DNA from: Candidatus Shapirobacteria bacterium
Lineage (GTDB): Bacteria > Patescibacteriota > Microgenomatia > UBA12405
Assembly (NCBI GenBank): GCA_041659325.1
Contig: JBAZYN010000002.1
Coordinates: 270,082 to 334,081, forward strand
Direction: 5' to 3'
DNA: 64,000 bases
The number at the start of each line of letters is the position of its first letter. Position 1 is the stretch's first letter. A program made the translations under genes and the position numbers. Below, piece after piece: positions 1-10,636 of the stretch. The notes under the pieces are model-generated. The model did not search any database. It was not told where the DNA came from and was given only the letters and a program-made list of their open reading frames with translations.

Positions 1-428
1 ATAAATGAAGGCTTGGCTCCATGCCATAAAATTTTTTGGAAATAATCAGTTTGGTTTTGGTAGTCATCTTTTGTTGTGGTAATCCATAGCCTGGCATTAG
101 AAGCATCTGGACCGTATGAAGTTACTTTATGGGAGATATTTCTGGCATAATCGCCTCCATTATCAACCATGCACCAGTTGTTTTTTATATTCAAATTTGG
201 GCAATACGTTTGCCGAAGTGTTGATAAACGGCTACAGTTTGAAGTTTCATTTGGATGATCAACCAGGCGGGATCCTCTGCCCAGACAGAACTCGATGTAC
301 ATCTGGTTATACTCTTCACAGGAAAAGGTAAATGTATCGGCCATGGTGGGCCGGATCAAAGGTATCAAAAGAAGTGCGGCGGAACTAACAAGAGCGATAA
401 GGGAAATGATCATTATTTTTCTTTTCAT
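1..428 (-). CDS. secreted/membrane-anchored hypothetical protein (partial, runs off window start)
   Basis: Manual translation MKRKIMIISLIALVSSAALLLIPLIRPTMADTFTFSCEEY..., open to position 1; signal-like N-terminus; TATAAT at 435-440, 6 nt upstream. Confidence 0.75.
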   Translation of the reverse strand, partial: MKRKIMIISLIALVSSAALLLIPLIRPTMADTFTFSCEEYNQMYIEFCLGRGSRLVDHPNETSNCSRLSTLRQTYCPNLNIKNNWCMVDNGGDYARNISHKVTSYGPDASNARLWITTTKDDYQNQTDYFQKILWHGAKPSF

Positions 429-684
429 ACCCCGTATTATAACTATTCTTTTATAATATACAAGATATCGTAAGCTATCACCATATTCTATTTTTACTGT
501 CACAGATCATGCCTATTTATACACCATAAGTTCATGTAATTGTTACCTGGGTGTATCGAAATATAAGGTATGAGCTGAAGTTTTCGGGAAAAAAGTGATT
601 CTATAGGAAGGCTTATAGAAAAACAGATAGGCGTGATTTAATTCGGTGGCGGTCAATCCAATAAATCTGGTGGTAACATGTCAA

Positions 685-1269
685 CTAGCTTTTTCTAATT
701 TGGATTTTCCCTTTTTGATACAAGAATTGTGATAAAGCGGCTACACTTCTACCTTCTCTCATTTGTCCGGACAAGCATATGACCGCCGCCTGGGCACTAC
801 TTACCCACATGGCTTTTATATCTTCTTCGGTTTCTAGTTGCTGTTTACCGAGGGCTTTAAATTTGGTGGCTACAAAATAATATAAATCCCAGCCGATAGT
901 CGGTCCTCCACTCCCAAAATTTGTAAACAATTCAATGTTTTCCACTTCCATTCCTACTTCCTCTCTTGCCTCTTTCATACAGGCTTGACCAATTAAACTA
1001 AGCACGTCCGGTCTGTCTTTAATTTCATCCCAATCCCTAATTTTGTCTCTAACTTTTCCTCCGGGTAATCTATAGTCAGTTTCACCTAACTCAGGCCGGT
1101 ACTCCTGGCTTAACAGTATCTGATCATTAATTTCATCGTATATTATTATTCTTGTTCCGGGTGATCTACTGGCTTTTTCAAAAATCCTTCCGTCTGCCGT
1201 GTTGGTTGCCTCTACTCTGATAATCTGTCCCTCGTAAGCAACATTTTTACTTGATATCTTTTTTGGCAC
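685..1269 (-). CDS. NUDIX hydrolase (ADP-ribose pyrophosphatase-like)
   Basis: LPGGK...KEAREEVG Nudix box, QEYRP motif. Confidence 0.85.
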   Translation of the reverse strand: MPKKISSKNVAYEGQIIRVEATNTADGRIFEKASRSPGTRIIIYDEINDQILLSQEYRPELGETDYRLPGGKVRDKIRDWDEIKDRPDVLSLIGQACMKEAREEVGMEVENIELFTNFGSGGPTIGWDLYYFVATKFKALGKQQLETEEDIKAMWVSSAQAAVICLSGQMREGRSVAALSQFLYQKGKIQIRKS

Positions 1270-1297
1270 TCCATATTATAAAACATTCATATAGATA

Positions 1298-1780
1298 CTA
1301 AACCTCTTTCTCGTAATCAATTAAGTCATACTCAGGATCAGGCCCACCTTTTCTTCTTTTAATTTCTTTAAAACCTAGTGATTCATAATTCTTTCTTGCT
1401 GGGTTAAAGAAGGGGTGACAGCTGGTAGTAACAATGACCTTTTTTAACCCTCTATTTTTTAGAATTTTTAGTACTTTTGCCAATTGTTTTTTGCCATAAC
1501 CCCGGCCCCGGAATTCAGGTAATATACAATTATGGCCGATTTCACCAATATTTGGTTCATACGATGCAAACCCAATTACTTTATCGTCAACCCAAGTGAT
1601 CAAAACACATATACCAATAGTATTTGGATTGGTAAAAGCTTCTTGGTCGAATTTATCCCATTTGACTTTTTCACCACTCCATTTTTGCGGGTTACTTTCT
1701 ACCAATGACTGGTAACTTAAAAATATTATTTTTCCCAAATCGCCTTTGACTACCGAAGATATGGGTAAGAACCGGATCAT
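1298..1780 (-). CDS. GNAT family N-acetyltransferase
   Basis: ILPEFRGRGYGK acetyl-CoA motif; ARKNYESLGF. Confidence 0.9.
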   Translation of the reverse strand: MIRFLPISSVVKGDLGKIIFLSYQSLVESNPQKWSGEKVKWDKFDQEAFTNPNTIGICVLITWVDDKVIGFASYEPNIGEIGHNCILPEFRGRGYGKKQLAKVLKILKNRGLKKVIVTTSCHPFFNPARKNYESLGFKEIKRRKGGPDPEYDLIDYEKEV

Positions 1781-1903
1781 AACAATATTATAGATTAATA
1801 GATTTTAAAATTATTCCCCCCCCAATAACCGTGTGTGACGGAATTGCGGACGGGTATCCCGATAGATAACGAAATCTTTTTGGTTCTTTGATAAAATCAA
1901 GCT

Positions 1904-2437
1904 GTGATAAGACCAATAATTTTAGCTAACTACCTTGTAAAAAAAGACGGCAAATATTTACTGGTCCAGGAGGCGACTGACAAGGTTTGGGGTAATATAA
2001 ATACCCACTCAAAGGGAAAATGGACCTTTCCGCACGGCGAGGTGGATAAAGGCGAGACCATTCGGGAGGCAGCGGAAAGAAAACTTGTTGAAGAAACCGG
2101 AGGTAGATCTAATTTCGTTCGATTGGGGGCGATTGCCCATGGTTTAATAAAAAATACCGTTTATTTTATAGGTTTTGTTTTTTATGGAGAAGGTTTTGAA
2201 GAGATTGGTTTGAGATGGGAACATGAAATTAAAGCAACGAAATGGTTTTCCAGAAAAGAAATAATCGATTTGGAAAAACAGGGTTTGGTTCGGGATAATG
2301 TGCCACTGTCTCGGATAATTGATGCGGTCGAAATGAATTCAGGGGTTGATTTTATTGAGTGGGAACAACCCGATTATGTTATCGACATTCTCAACTTATT
2401 GGAAAAGAGAAACGTCGAGAAGGAATCAAGAAGTTAA
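1904..2437 (+). CDS. NUDIX hydrolase
   Basis: GKWTFPHGEVDKGETIREAAERKLVEETG, degenerate Nudix box. Confidence 0.85.
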   Translation: MIRPIILANYLVKKDGKYLLVQEATDKVWGNINTHSKGKWTFPHGEVDKGETIREAAERKLVEETGGRSNFVRLGAIAHGLIKNTVYFIGFVFYGEGFEEIGLRWEHEIKATKWFSRKEIIDLEKQGLVRDNVPLSRIIDAVEMNSGVDFIEWEQPDYVIDILNLLEKRNVEKESRS

Positions 2438-2588
2438 ATATCAATATCTCGTGAGCAATTTACCTGCTAGAAAGTCTGATAAAAAAGGAACCTCGTGATG
2501 TTAGTGGAACTGGTGATAGGCGATCGCTCTCCCAAAAAAGTATTGTCTTTATACTATTTTTCAAAAACTCCTATTTTCTCACCGGATG

Positions 2589-2996
2589 TTAAGGTTGCGG
2601 TGGTAGATCCGCTACTCTTAGTTTGGCCTCCAATTGGCTAAGAGATGGTATACCACCACCAAACGGGCCTTCTGGTAGTCCCTCATCACTATGGAGACTA
2701 TCGAGTAATTCACGGATATCACCATTAAAACGTATGGCTTTTATTTCTTCTTCTCCTTCTTTGCCGAACGGTATTTCGGTTAAAGCGTTTTCGTTTTGAA
2801 TAGCAAAGCGGAGCAGTTCTTTTTCTGCCGGTCTGTTTTTTGGGACCAGAAATGTCCTTTCCCCTTCTTCTTGTCCTTCCATTCCTGGTTTATACCCATA
2901 AACAAGGGTGTAATTGGGAGTTTGTTCTATAATAAGACCGTCACTAAAATCCTGGATTTTTTTAACAGATTCCACAGTTTTATTTTGTTCTGACAT
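2589..2996 (-). CDS. hypothetical protein
   Basis: 135-aa ATG ORF in an otherwise empty interval. Confidence 0.6.
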   Translation of the reverse strand: MSEQNKTVESVKKIQDFSDGLIIEQTPNYTLVYGYKPGMEGQEEGERTFLVPKNRPAEKELLRFAIQNENALTEIPFGKEGEEEIKAIRFNGDIRELLDSLHSDEGLPEGPFGGGIPSLSQLEAKLRVADLPPQP

Positions 2997-3310
2997 ATTT
3001 TTTTTATTAATAAATATATCCGTCTAACCGGGATGGCTAGCAAGGTGGTTTTAAAAGCAAATACTAGTTGGCTATTTCAAACCTTGTTTCAAGGATACCA
3101 TACTTTATTGTTTAGCCACTCGAAGTTTAGCCTCGCTCATCAATAAATAAGAGAATTGTTTTTTGCAAGTGCTTTTTTTAATTTCAATTTTAATTAGCTT
3201 TATTGTCTCTAGGTATTTTATTTGCTACTACGACAGTTCGTGGGTGGTGGTATTTGAAAGGTAAAAAATAAACAAGTTGTAAAAAATAAATTTTTGGTGA
3301 TAATGTTGAT

Positions 3311-4567
3311 ATGGGCGAAGCATCAGAAGGCGGCAGTGCCGGGGTTAAAAGTGGCATAAAATTATCCAGACGAAAATTTCTTGTTACAACTGGCTTAGCC
3401 GCCGTTGCGGCCGTAGCCCACAAGCCGATAGAAGCCAGCCGGACCCTTTTTGAGATAAATCAAGGTTATGTAACCGGCGAGACCAATACTGGGTCAATTA
3501 CCAGCGAAACTCCCAAGCATATACGGAAAGAGGATATCCCCCCAGAAAATGAATGGTTAAAAAACGCTGACAAGGTCTTATCCAGCGGGATTGCTATCTA
3601 CCAACATTGGCGGAAAGGTAACCCCGATTTACCCTCCCCTCACTATCAGAAACCGGAAAACTATTTAGATGTGCCATCAGTAGCAGTGAATCTCAAGAAG
3701 CAAATACCACATGCCCGGGGAGAACCCGGTAACCCAGATTTTTTTAGAAACTTGCTTATAGATTGTGGCGTCGAAAAATTTGACAAGCCTTATGCCAGAT
3801 TCATCGGTGGATCCGGGGCAAATATCACTAGTCTCCAGGAATTGATAAGTACAGACCCCGGTACGGGTGTTGTCAGAAACATCCGTTATTCAATGTCGGA
3901 AAAGTTTGGTAGCGAATTCGATGTTTTTAGATCTTGTGTCAGCAATTCTTTAACGGAAGAACAGCATAAGTTTATCGCAGATCAATTTCATGATTGGTAT
4001 TTTGGGGCAATGAACTATGTTGAAGATGCCCGAGCCAAAAGCAGTGAACCAATTTCAACTAGCGTTTTATTCGCCTTTTTCCTGCATCAAAATCAGGGAG
4101 ACATTTTATCCAGTGCCTGGGATACTTCGGTTTGGCTGAAAATACTCGCCAGAAACGACCCCGAGGATGGGTTAAAACGTGACCCGAATTATGATCGGGC
4201 CCACTTGGCTACCAGGATATTTAAAGATGAATTCTCTCCCCACCTATCTGCCAATTGGGTAGTTGATCATGTCGGCAGAGACGACGGTGGGCTAAATTTT
4301 GTAGGAGACCCATATAAGATGTCAGAATACAAAGACTTTATGCCGGCGAACCGGGCCGGTGGATTTTATCATGCCTGGAATATTATCGCCCTATCCATGT
4401 GCATGTCTCCATTTTTTATTAAAAGAGCTACTGCCACATACGATGTTCCCATAACGTGGGGTTCTGGGTTCGTGTTTTCAGAGTACGGCCGGGAAAAAAA
4501 CACTGCCGATTTATTGGTTGCCAAACGGGCTCATAAAATAAAGGGGATGCTAAGAAAATATAGTTAG
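3311..4567 (+). CDS. hypothetical protein with twin-arginine-like N-terminal anchor
   Basis: 418-aa ORF; LSRRKFLVTTGLAAVAAVA. Confidence 0.75.
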   Translation: MGEASEGGSAGVKSGIKLSRRKFLVTTGLAAVAAVAHKPIEASRTLFEINQGYVTGETNTGSITSETPKHIRKEDIPPENEWLKNADKVLSSGIAIYQHWRKGNPDLPSPHYQKPENYLDVPSVAVNLKKQIPHARGEPGNPDFFRNLLIDCGVEKFDKPYARFIGGSGANITSLQELISTDPGTGVVRNIRYSMSEKFGSEFDVFRSCVSNSLTEEQHKFIADQFHDWYFGAMNYVEDARAKSSEPISTSVLFAFFLHQNQGDILSSAWDTSVWLKILARNDPEDGLKRDPNYDRAHLATRIFKDEFSPHLSANWVVDHVGRDDGGLNFVGDPYKMSEYKDFMPANRAGGFYHAWNIIALSMCMSPFFIKRATATYDVPITWGSGFVFSEYGREKNTADLLVAKRAHKIKGMLRKYS

Positions 4568-4856
4568 TTTATTGAACAACGCACGGGTCTTTGCTTTTGA
4601 AACGACCAATAGAAATTACCGCCTCAACACCGCTTCCGCAATCACTACCATCCCAACACGCTGCACCCCGGGCGTTTCAGCCAATGTTAACCCGACTAAA
4701 CTCTTGCCTGGGTGCATATGGAGGCGGTTGGCTTTTGTGCTACTCATATTTCTGAAGAATTCAAAAAATACAATGCAGATAGGTTTAAAATCTTCCTGCT
4801 AATCAGGAGTACAAAGTCTTGACTATTGTCGGGGAAGTATTTAGACTGATTGTAAT

Positions 4857-5252
4857 ATGACAGATTTAGCAAGAAATACCAGAACACTGATAGTATGTTT
4901 TTCGTTAGCCATTTTTGCCCTGATACCTTTGAGGTTTGTGGAAATAAGCCAGGAAGTTTCTGAGGACTATGGGGGAGCCAGTGTTTTGGGTGAAGCACAG
5001 ATGCTCGAAGAGCCAGAAGTGGCACTTCCTAGCGCAGATGAATATGTATCCGGAGAGTTGGAAGCGCCGTATGACGAAATGGACAACGGAGAAGTATCAG
5101 GAGTAACAGATGGGGCAGAGTGCATGCCAGAAGAGCATGTTAGTGAGGCGGTAGCCAGAGTGAATGAAGGTTTGTCCACCGGTTTGTATGCTGATTCTGA
5201 GCAGGCATATGCTGAGATACAGTGGCTAAACGATCAGCTTTGCCGCGAATAA
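4857..5252 (+). CDS. membrane-anchored acidic hypothetical protein
   Basis: N-terminal TM helix, VLG motif, acidic C-terminus. Confidence 0.7.
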   Translation: MTDLARNTRTLIVCFSLAIFALIPLRFVEISQEVSEDYGGASVLGEAQMLEEPEVALPSADEYVSGELEAPYDEMDNGEVSGVTDGAECMPEEHVSEAVARVNEGLSTGLYADSEQAYAEIQWLNDQLCRE

Positions 5253-5262
5253 CAGATGGTTT

Positions 5263-6486
5263 TTATCTAATGGTAAGAGTATAAAGGTTTTCTTGGCCTC
5301 CTGAATAGCTTGGAGTTAGGATTACGATTTTACTGCCATCAGCCCAGGGAGTGGTTGATTCAGGATTAAAATTATTGTTAAAAAGGATGTGTTGATTGGT
5401 ATTGTCGTAATCAACAACTTTTATGGCGTTGTCCTGAACGTACATGAGGTTATCCGAGTTTGGAATCCAGGCGATGTTGGTGAGGGCATTGCTGTTTTCG
5501 ATCAGAAAGTTAGTATCTTCCTTCATGTCATAAACATACCAGTTGCCGGGGGTAATATCTCGGCTTTGTTTTTGGATGCTTTGAACCGGTGGTGGGGTAA
5601 TAATATTTTGGGGAAGTTGACGGTTGGTTTTGGCCAGATAGAGTAATTTGTCCTCGCTAGTGGAAAAAGAAATGTGTTTGGCGGATTCGGTGGAGACTAA
5701 TTCTTTTAATTCGAGGGGAATTTTGTCTAATTTGGGCTGATTAATCTGGGCTAGCTGTTTTTCCCAATCCAGATAGATTTGGTCAAGTTGGTAGGTAACA
5801 TCGACGAGCATTTTTGGGGAAAAGACAGAATCAATGGGGATTTGGTAGGTTGCCTTGCCGTTGGTGGCGAGAATGCTTCTGGAGTTGGGTGAAAAAGTGA
5901 ATTTGAAATCAGACCAATTGAGGTAGGCATAGTTTGGCGCGATTTGCCGTGGTTGGTTGCGACCTAAAGGGATGGGGTTGCTGATGGTGTCGAGAATGTA
6001 TAAACCATTATCTTTGGAGGCTGAAGCGGAGGCAACGGCATAAACGATTCTTGATCCGTCGTGGTTGATGGATGGGTTGATGGCGCCGGTAAAAGTCAGC
6101 GGTTTTATGTCTGAAACGGAGCGGAATAACTGAGCATCGGTTTGAACAACTAACTCTTTTTTGATCCGAACTTGCTTTTGCCAGGGAAGATAGCCGTCTT
6201 TTATGATTTTAACCAAGTAATCGCCGGGGGTAAGGTTGATTATGTCGTCGGTAGCAGTGAAGAGACGGTCATCGATGTAGACCGAGGCGCCCTTTGGTTT
6301 TGATGTGGCAGAAAGAAGGCCACTAGCGTTTATGACCGAACCATTTTTCATATCATTTATATTGAGGGTGTAGCCGCGGGCGACAAAAGAAATCATAACG
6401 GTGCCGGAGATGACGAAAAAAAGAACGGAAAGGATAGTGATTAGGCTTTTTTTAGTTGAGTGGTCAGACATATCTGTATTATACAA
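5263..6486 (-). CDS. PEGA domain-containing membrane protein
   Basis: TM helix, then SKPKGASVYID...PGDYLVKIIKDGYLPW (PEGA); propeller-like C-terminus; true start probably MSDHS. Confidence 0.85.
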   Translation of the reverse strand: MYNTDMSDHSTKKSLITILSVLFFVISGTVMISFVARGYTLNINDMKNGSVINASGLLSATSKPKGASVYIDDRLFTATDDIINLTPGDYLVKIIKDGYLPWQKQVRIKKELVVQTDAQLFRSVSDIKPLTFTGAINPSINHDGSRIVYAVASASASKDNGLYILDTISNPIPLGRNQPRQIAPNYAYLNWSDFKFTFSPNSRSILATNGKATYQIPIDSVFSPKMLVDVTYQLDQIYLDWEKQLAQINQPKLDKIPLELKELVSTESAKHISFSTSEDKLLYLAKTNRQLPQNIITPPPVQSIQKQSRDITPGNWYVYDMKEDTNFLIENSNALTNIAWIPNSDNLMYVQDNAIKVVDYDNTNQHILFNNNFNPESTTPWADGSKIVILTPSYSGGQENLYTLTIR

Positions 6487-6579
6487 GCAATAAGAATTGG
6501 TAAAATGGGGTGATGAAATTGTTTAACCCACCCACTAGTATGCTTCGACGGGCAAAGAAATCTGGGGGTAGTATTTAAT

Positions 6580-7581
6580 ATGAAACTTTTTAAAAAACTT
6601 GGAATTGATTTGGGAACAGCAAATAGCGTGGTGTGGGAGGCCGGGGTGGGGATTGTGTTGAATGAGCCGACCGTGGTGGCAGTAGGGGTAGAGGACAGGA
6701 AAGTTTTGGCAGTGGGCAACGAGGCCAAGAAAATGTTGGGAAAAACTCCGGAATACATTGAGATTATATGTCCGATGGAGGAAGGGGTTATCTCTGATTA
6801 TGAGGTGACCGAGGCGATGCTAAGGTATTTTATGAAGCAGGTAATGGGGGTGGGATGGTTTTTTGGGCCCGAGGTGATGATTTGTGTTCCGGCAGGGGTG
6901 ACTCAGGTAGAGCAGAGGGCGGTTTTGGATGCAACTTTGGCGGCCGGAGCAAAAAAAGCATACCTGATAGATGAACCTTTGGCGGCGGCAATCGGGGCAA
7001 AAATCCCGGTGTCTGAAGCTCATGGAAATATGATTATGGACGTGGGAGGCGGGGCGGCGGAGGCGGCGGTGATAGCTTTGGGGGGAGTGGTGACACATAG
7101 GGGGACTAGAACCGGGGGGAAGAAAATGGATATGGCGATTGCTGATTATTTGAGGAAGAAACATAATTTGATTATTGGAGATCAGACGGCGGAAAATATT
7201 AAGATAGTCCTGGGGAGTGCAATAAAGCTTAAGAAAACTGAGACGTTGGAGGTCAACGGGAGGGATTCAATCTATGGTCTACCAAAAAGTATGATGATTG
7301 ACTCAGATGAAATTCATGAGGCGATAAAACCAATACTGGATCTGATAGTTAAAGTTATACGGGATACTTTGGAGGTGACTCCTCCGGAATTGGTGGCAGA
7401 CATAATGGACACGGGAATAGTCTTGAGCGGCGGAACTTCACAACTTCGGAATTTCAATATCCTGGTAACCAGAGAGATAGGTGTCTCGGCGCATGTGGCT
7501 CCGGAGCCACAGTTTTGTGTGATAAAGGGGACCGGGATTGCAATTGAAAATTTGGAAATTTATCATAGAGCGATAAGGTGA
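6580..7581 (+). CDS. mreB: rod shape-determining protein MreB-like actin ATPase
   Basis: GIDLGTAN, EPLAAAIGA, DVGGG, TPPELVADI, LSGG motifs. Confidence 0.93.
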   Translation: MKLFKKLGIDLGTANSVVWEAGVGIVLNEPTVVAVGVEDRKVLAVGNEAKKMLGKTPEYIEIICPMEEGVISDYEVTEAMLRYFMKQVMGVGWFFGPEVMICVPAGVTQVEQRAVLDATLAAGAKKAYLIDEPLAAAIGAKIPVSEAHGNMIMDVGGGAAEAAVIALGGVVTHRGTRTGGKKMDMAIADYLRKKHNLIIGDQTAENIKIVLGSAIKLKKTETLEVNGRDSIYGLPKSMMIDSDEIHEAIKPILDLIVKVIRDTLEVTPPELVADIMDTGIVLSGGTSQLRNFNILVTREIGVSAHVAPEPQFCVIKGTGIAIENLEIYHRAIR

Positions 7582-7606
7582 TACATTTCAAATATTTGGC
7601 TTATAT

Positions 7607-7641
7607 TGTAATTGGTAATTGGTAAACGGTAATTGGTAAAC
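7607..7641 (+). repeat. heptamer tandem array (GGTAATT-type)
   Basis: tgtaattggtaattggtaaacggtaattggtaaac. Confidence 0.85.
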
Positions 7642-7949
7642 TAAGAAAGTGTTATCAATATAGCACGAAAAGTGAATGAAGGTCAGATATCTAGTAAATG
7701 TTGAGTTACTCCCAGTATATTTGACAGTTTCGTGAGTAATATTTTTACTCGTAATAGCGTAAATTGAATATATTTATAATTATTTCAGAAGGCCTGTAGT
7801 ATTGAAGGTTTTTGGAGGATGATATAGATAGCTAGAAGGACTTATAATTAATGGTTTCGGTGAGGATAAATGACATACTCGGTGTGTATAAACAACCTAT
7901 AAAAAAATAAAGAGGAAAATAAAGCCTGATTTTTGATAAAATCAGGGTA

Positions 7950-8807
7950 GTGAGAACTAAAAAAGGGAAGAGGGAAGATTTTAAAAAAGCCGTATCAGAC
8001 TGGGAAATATATGGGATACCGGTTTTTGGCGGAGGCGAGGTGGAAGTGCTAAAAAAAGCAGAACAATGGCTGTCGCGGGGTGAGAAGGGTAAGTGGATAG
8101 CGACGGTAAATCCGGAGTTTGTTATGAGGGCGATTGGGGATGATAATTTTATGGGATTGTTGGCTAAAACAGATATGAATGTGGTCGATGGAATTGGGCT
8201 GATTTGGGCAAAAAAGGTGAAAGCCATGCCTGCCGGCAGGCAAGTCTCAAAGTCAAAAAGTCTAAAAGTCTTAAAGAAGATATTTTACGGGGTGAAGGTT
8301 GGGGGGGAGATATTGAGGGGGAAATATAGAGATGAGCTGGCCGCGGGGGCGGATTTGATGATAAAGATGGCTTGTCTGAAAGTCCAAAAGTCTGAAAGTC
8401 TGAAAGTCTTTTTCTTGGGTGGGTGGGGGGATAGGGCGGAGAGGACGGCTAAACAATTATCAATTACGAATTACGAATTACGAATTGGTTGGTCCTCAGG
8501 AGGACCAAAAGTGAAGAATGAAGAAGTAATAAGACAAATTAATAAGTTTAAACCTGATCTTCTGTTTGTGGCTTATGGGATGCAGAAACAGGAAGAGTGG
8601 ATTTATAAAAATATAAAGGATCTGGATGTGGGGGTGGCAATGGGGGTGGGGAGAAGCTTTGACTATTACAGCGGGGACTTAAAACGGGCGCCCGGGTGGG
8701 TTAGAAGGATGGGGATGGAGTGGCTGTATTCTCTAATTGTTGAGCCCAAAAGGTGGAAGAGGCAGCTTGTTTTGCCTCAATTTGTTTGGAAAGTGATTAT
8801 CAATTAA
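7950..8807 (+). CDS. WecB/TagA/CpsF family glycosyltransferase with in-frame repeat insertions
   Basis: TVNPEF, VDGIG, AYGMQKQEEWI, MGVGRSFD, EWLYSL. Confidence 0.9.
   Translation: MRTKKGKREDFKKAVSDWEIYGIPVFGGGEVEVLKKAEQWLSRGEKGKWIATVNPEFVMRAIGDDNFMGLLAKTDMNVVDGIGLIWAKKVKAMPAGRQVSKSKSLKVLKKIFYGVKVGGEILRGKYRDELAAGADLMIKMACLKVQKSESLKVFFLGGWGDRAERTAKQLSITNYELRIGWSSGGPKVKNEEVIRQINKFKPDLLFVAYGMQKQEEWIYKNIKDLDVGVAMGVGRSFDYYSGDLKRAPGWVRRMGMEWLYSLIVEPKRWKRQLVLPQFVWKVIIN
8227..8486 (+). repeat. 16-bp palindrome plus three heptamer arrays inside the TagA-like CDS
   Basis: tgcctgccggcaggca (8227-8242); AAAGTCn arrays at 8242-8276 and 8374-8409; AATTACG array at 8454-8486. Confidence 0.85.
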
Positions 8808-8815
8808 TTTAATAA

Positions 8816-9085
8816 ATGAGAGACAGAGAAGATCCGGTAAAAGCAACATTTAGATTGCAACGGGTTGTTTCGATAGATACGGGAAGGACTGTTTTTATGG
8901 TTATATATCGCGCCGATAAGGTTGGTGGAGGTGTTGGTATAAATAATCTCGTGAGTTTGAGGAAAGATTTGGTAGGAAAACAGGGGGTGACAAGTGAGAT
9001 TTTTGTCTTGCCCCCTGAAGTGCAAGTCAGAAAACAGGCACGTAAAGACGGTCGGTGGAGTGGTAGAGAGAAGGAAATAAATTAA
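8816..9085 (+). CDS. hypothetical protein
   Basis: 89-aa ORF directly after the tagA-like gene. Confidence 0.5.
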   Translation: MRDREDPVKATFRLQRVVSIDTGRTVFMVIYRADKVGGGVGINNLVSLRKDLVGKQGVTSEIFVLPPEVQVRKQARKDGRWSGREKEIN

Positions 9086-9123
9086 TTGTAAGCGGTTTGT
9101 TTTTGGTGTTATAATCGGGAAAT

Positions 9124-9318
9124 ATGATACAACAAGAAAGAAGAACACAAAAACCTGCTATCGGCGGAAGATTGGGTTTTTTGAGAAAGCCAGGAGATGA
9201 TAGGGGTGTATTGAGTCCGGATCCGGTCATTGAAGAGAAAAAGAAACCACAGTCTGGTGGTGGGAGTATACCGGGACAACCGGTGGTTTCTGATACACAG
9301 CCACCACTAAATCCCTAG
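9124..9318 (+). CDS. small hypothetical protein
   Basis: 64-aa ORF preceded by TGTTATAAT. Confidence 0.5.
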   Translation: MIQQERRTQKPAIGGRLGFLRKPGDDRGVLSPDPVIEEKKKPQSGGGSIPGQPVVSDTQPPLNP

Positions 9319-10458
9319 TAATTTTACTTCCGTTTCAAGTTTAAAATGGAATTTTTGTTTGCAGGTGGACTGGATTAGGCGGACAAGACTCAGATAGTCT
9401 TTGGCGGTGGCATGCCCGGTATTGACAATAAAATTAGCGTGGAGAGGAGAGGTTTGGGCGCCACCAATGGCGTGGCCTTTGAGCCCGAGCTCATGGTCGA
9501 TAATCCAACCGGCTGATTTTTGCTCGCCCCAGATCTTTTGGCAAATTGCCAGGGGAGGATTGGCAAAGGCGGAGCCGGCAGAATTCATGGGCTGAACTTT
9601 GACCTTTTGGCTAATCCAGGCTTGGACGACCTTTTTGGCCAAATTGGTATCGCCTTTAAAAAGACGGAGAGTAGCCGAAAGGATTATTAGGTGAGGATTT
9701 TGTTGGAAAAATGATTTTTCATACTGCCATTTTAGATTTGATTTTTTAAAGGTTTTTATTTTACCGGTTTTTAGGTTAAAAGTATTTACTGAGTGAATAT
9801 AGTCGGCGAAGTGATAAGAGCCGCCGTGAATGTTGTACCAGACAGCCCCGCCGATGGTCCCGGGGATATAGGCAAACCATTGGAGGCCGGTCAATCCATG
9901 TTCAATCAGATTGTTGATAGCAAGGGGGAGGGGGGTACCCGAGGAGAGACGAACCAGGCGGGAGGGGAGGTGGGATTCATCGTAGTTTACTTTTGAAAAA
10001 TCCAGATATTTTTCCGGTTCATTTTCCATTCTTTGAGTATAGGTAGGGGAAAAAGTAGCCGGAGCGCAAGATTTTAGAATTTTGATATCCTGAGAGGAAT
10101 TTTTGACAACCAGACCGCGGATGCCGGTGTCGGAAATTAAAACATTGGAGCCATTGCCGAGGATGGTTATATGGCTTGTCAATGAATTTTTGCAGTGCTC
10201 GCTACCTTCGGGCTCATCCGCTTCGGCGGATTCGCGTTCGCTGTGCGCTGAAAAACTATTGACTGCGCCAAATTGGTCCAAGTTATGATATACAAGTTTA
10301 AGTATTGATATAAAGTGTTCCTGGGTTTTGGAGTTGATAAAGATATCGGCGGGGCCGCCGATTTTGAGGGTGGTGTAGGGGGCGAGGGGGTGATTTTGAT
10401 AAATTTCTAAGTCGGGAAAGTGTTTTTTTAGATCAAAATAAATTTTGGAGTAATCCAT
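9307..10458 (-). CDS. murB: UDP-N-acetylenolpyruvoylglucosamine reductase
   Basis: LAPYTTLKIGGPA, LGNGSNVL, IPGTIGGA, SAGSAFANP, HANFIVN, LETEV. Confidence 0.95.
   Translation of the reverse strand: MDYSKIYFDLKKHFPDLEIYQNHPLAPYTTLKIGGPADIFINSKTQEHFISILKLVYHNLDQFGAVNSFSAHSERESAEADEPEGSEHCKNSLTSHITILGNGSNVLISDTGIRGLVVKNSSQDIKILKSCAPATFSPTYTQRMENEPEKYLDFSKVNYDESHLPSRLVRLSSGTPLPLAINNLIEHGLTGLQWFAYIPGTIGGAVWYNIHGGSYHFADYIHSVNTFNLKTGKIKTFKKSNLKWQYEKSFFQQNPHLIILSATLRLFKGDTNLAKKVVQAWISQKVKVQPMNSAGSAFANPPLAICQKIWGEQKSAGWIIDHELGLKGHAIGGAQTSPLHANFIVNTGHATAKDYLSLVRLIQSTCKQKFHFKLETEVKLLGI
10178..10263. repeat. palindromic MITE-like element inserted in-frame in murB
   Basis: Imperfect terminal inverted repeats gtcaatgaatttttgcag / ctgaaaaactattgac; core ccttcgggct...ttcgcgttcgctgtgcgct shared with 11869-11944. 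Confidence 0.7.
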
Positions 10459-10472
10459 TGGTGAATTATACA

Positions 10473-10503
10473 GTTACGAATTACGAATTACGAATTACGA
10501 ATT
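10473..10503 (+). repeat. heptamer tandem array (AATTACG)
   Basis: gttacgaattacgaattacgaattacgaatt. Confidence 0.9.
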
Positions 10504-10636
10504 TATTTATTGGTAATATAGGTATATTCATATGTTTTATTGTATAGTAAAAGATATATATAATAATTGTGGAAAAGTGGATATTAATAGGGCTATCCTA
10601 TAAGAAAGAGTGGGAATTTTGCTGTTATACTGAAGA

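Noticed and set aside
116-473. Plus-strand ORFs 116-331 and 255-473
   Set aside because: Shadows of the minus-strand gene starting at 428
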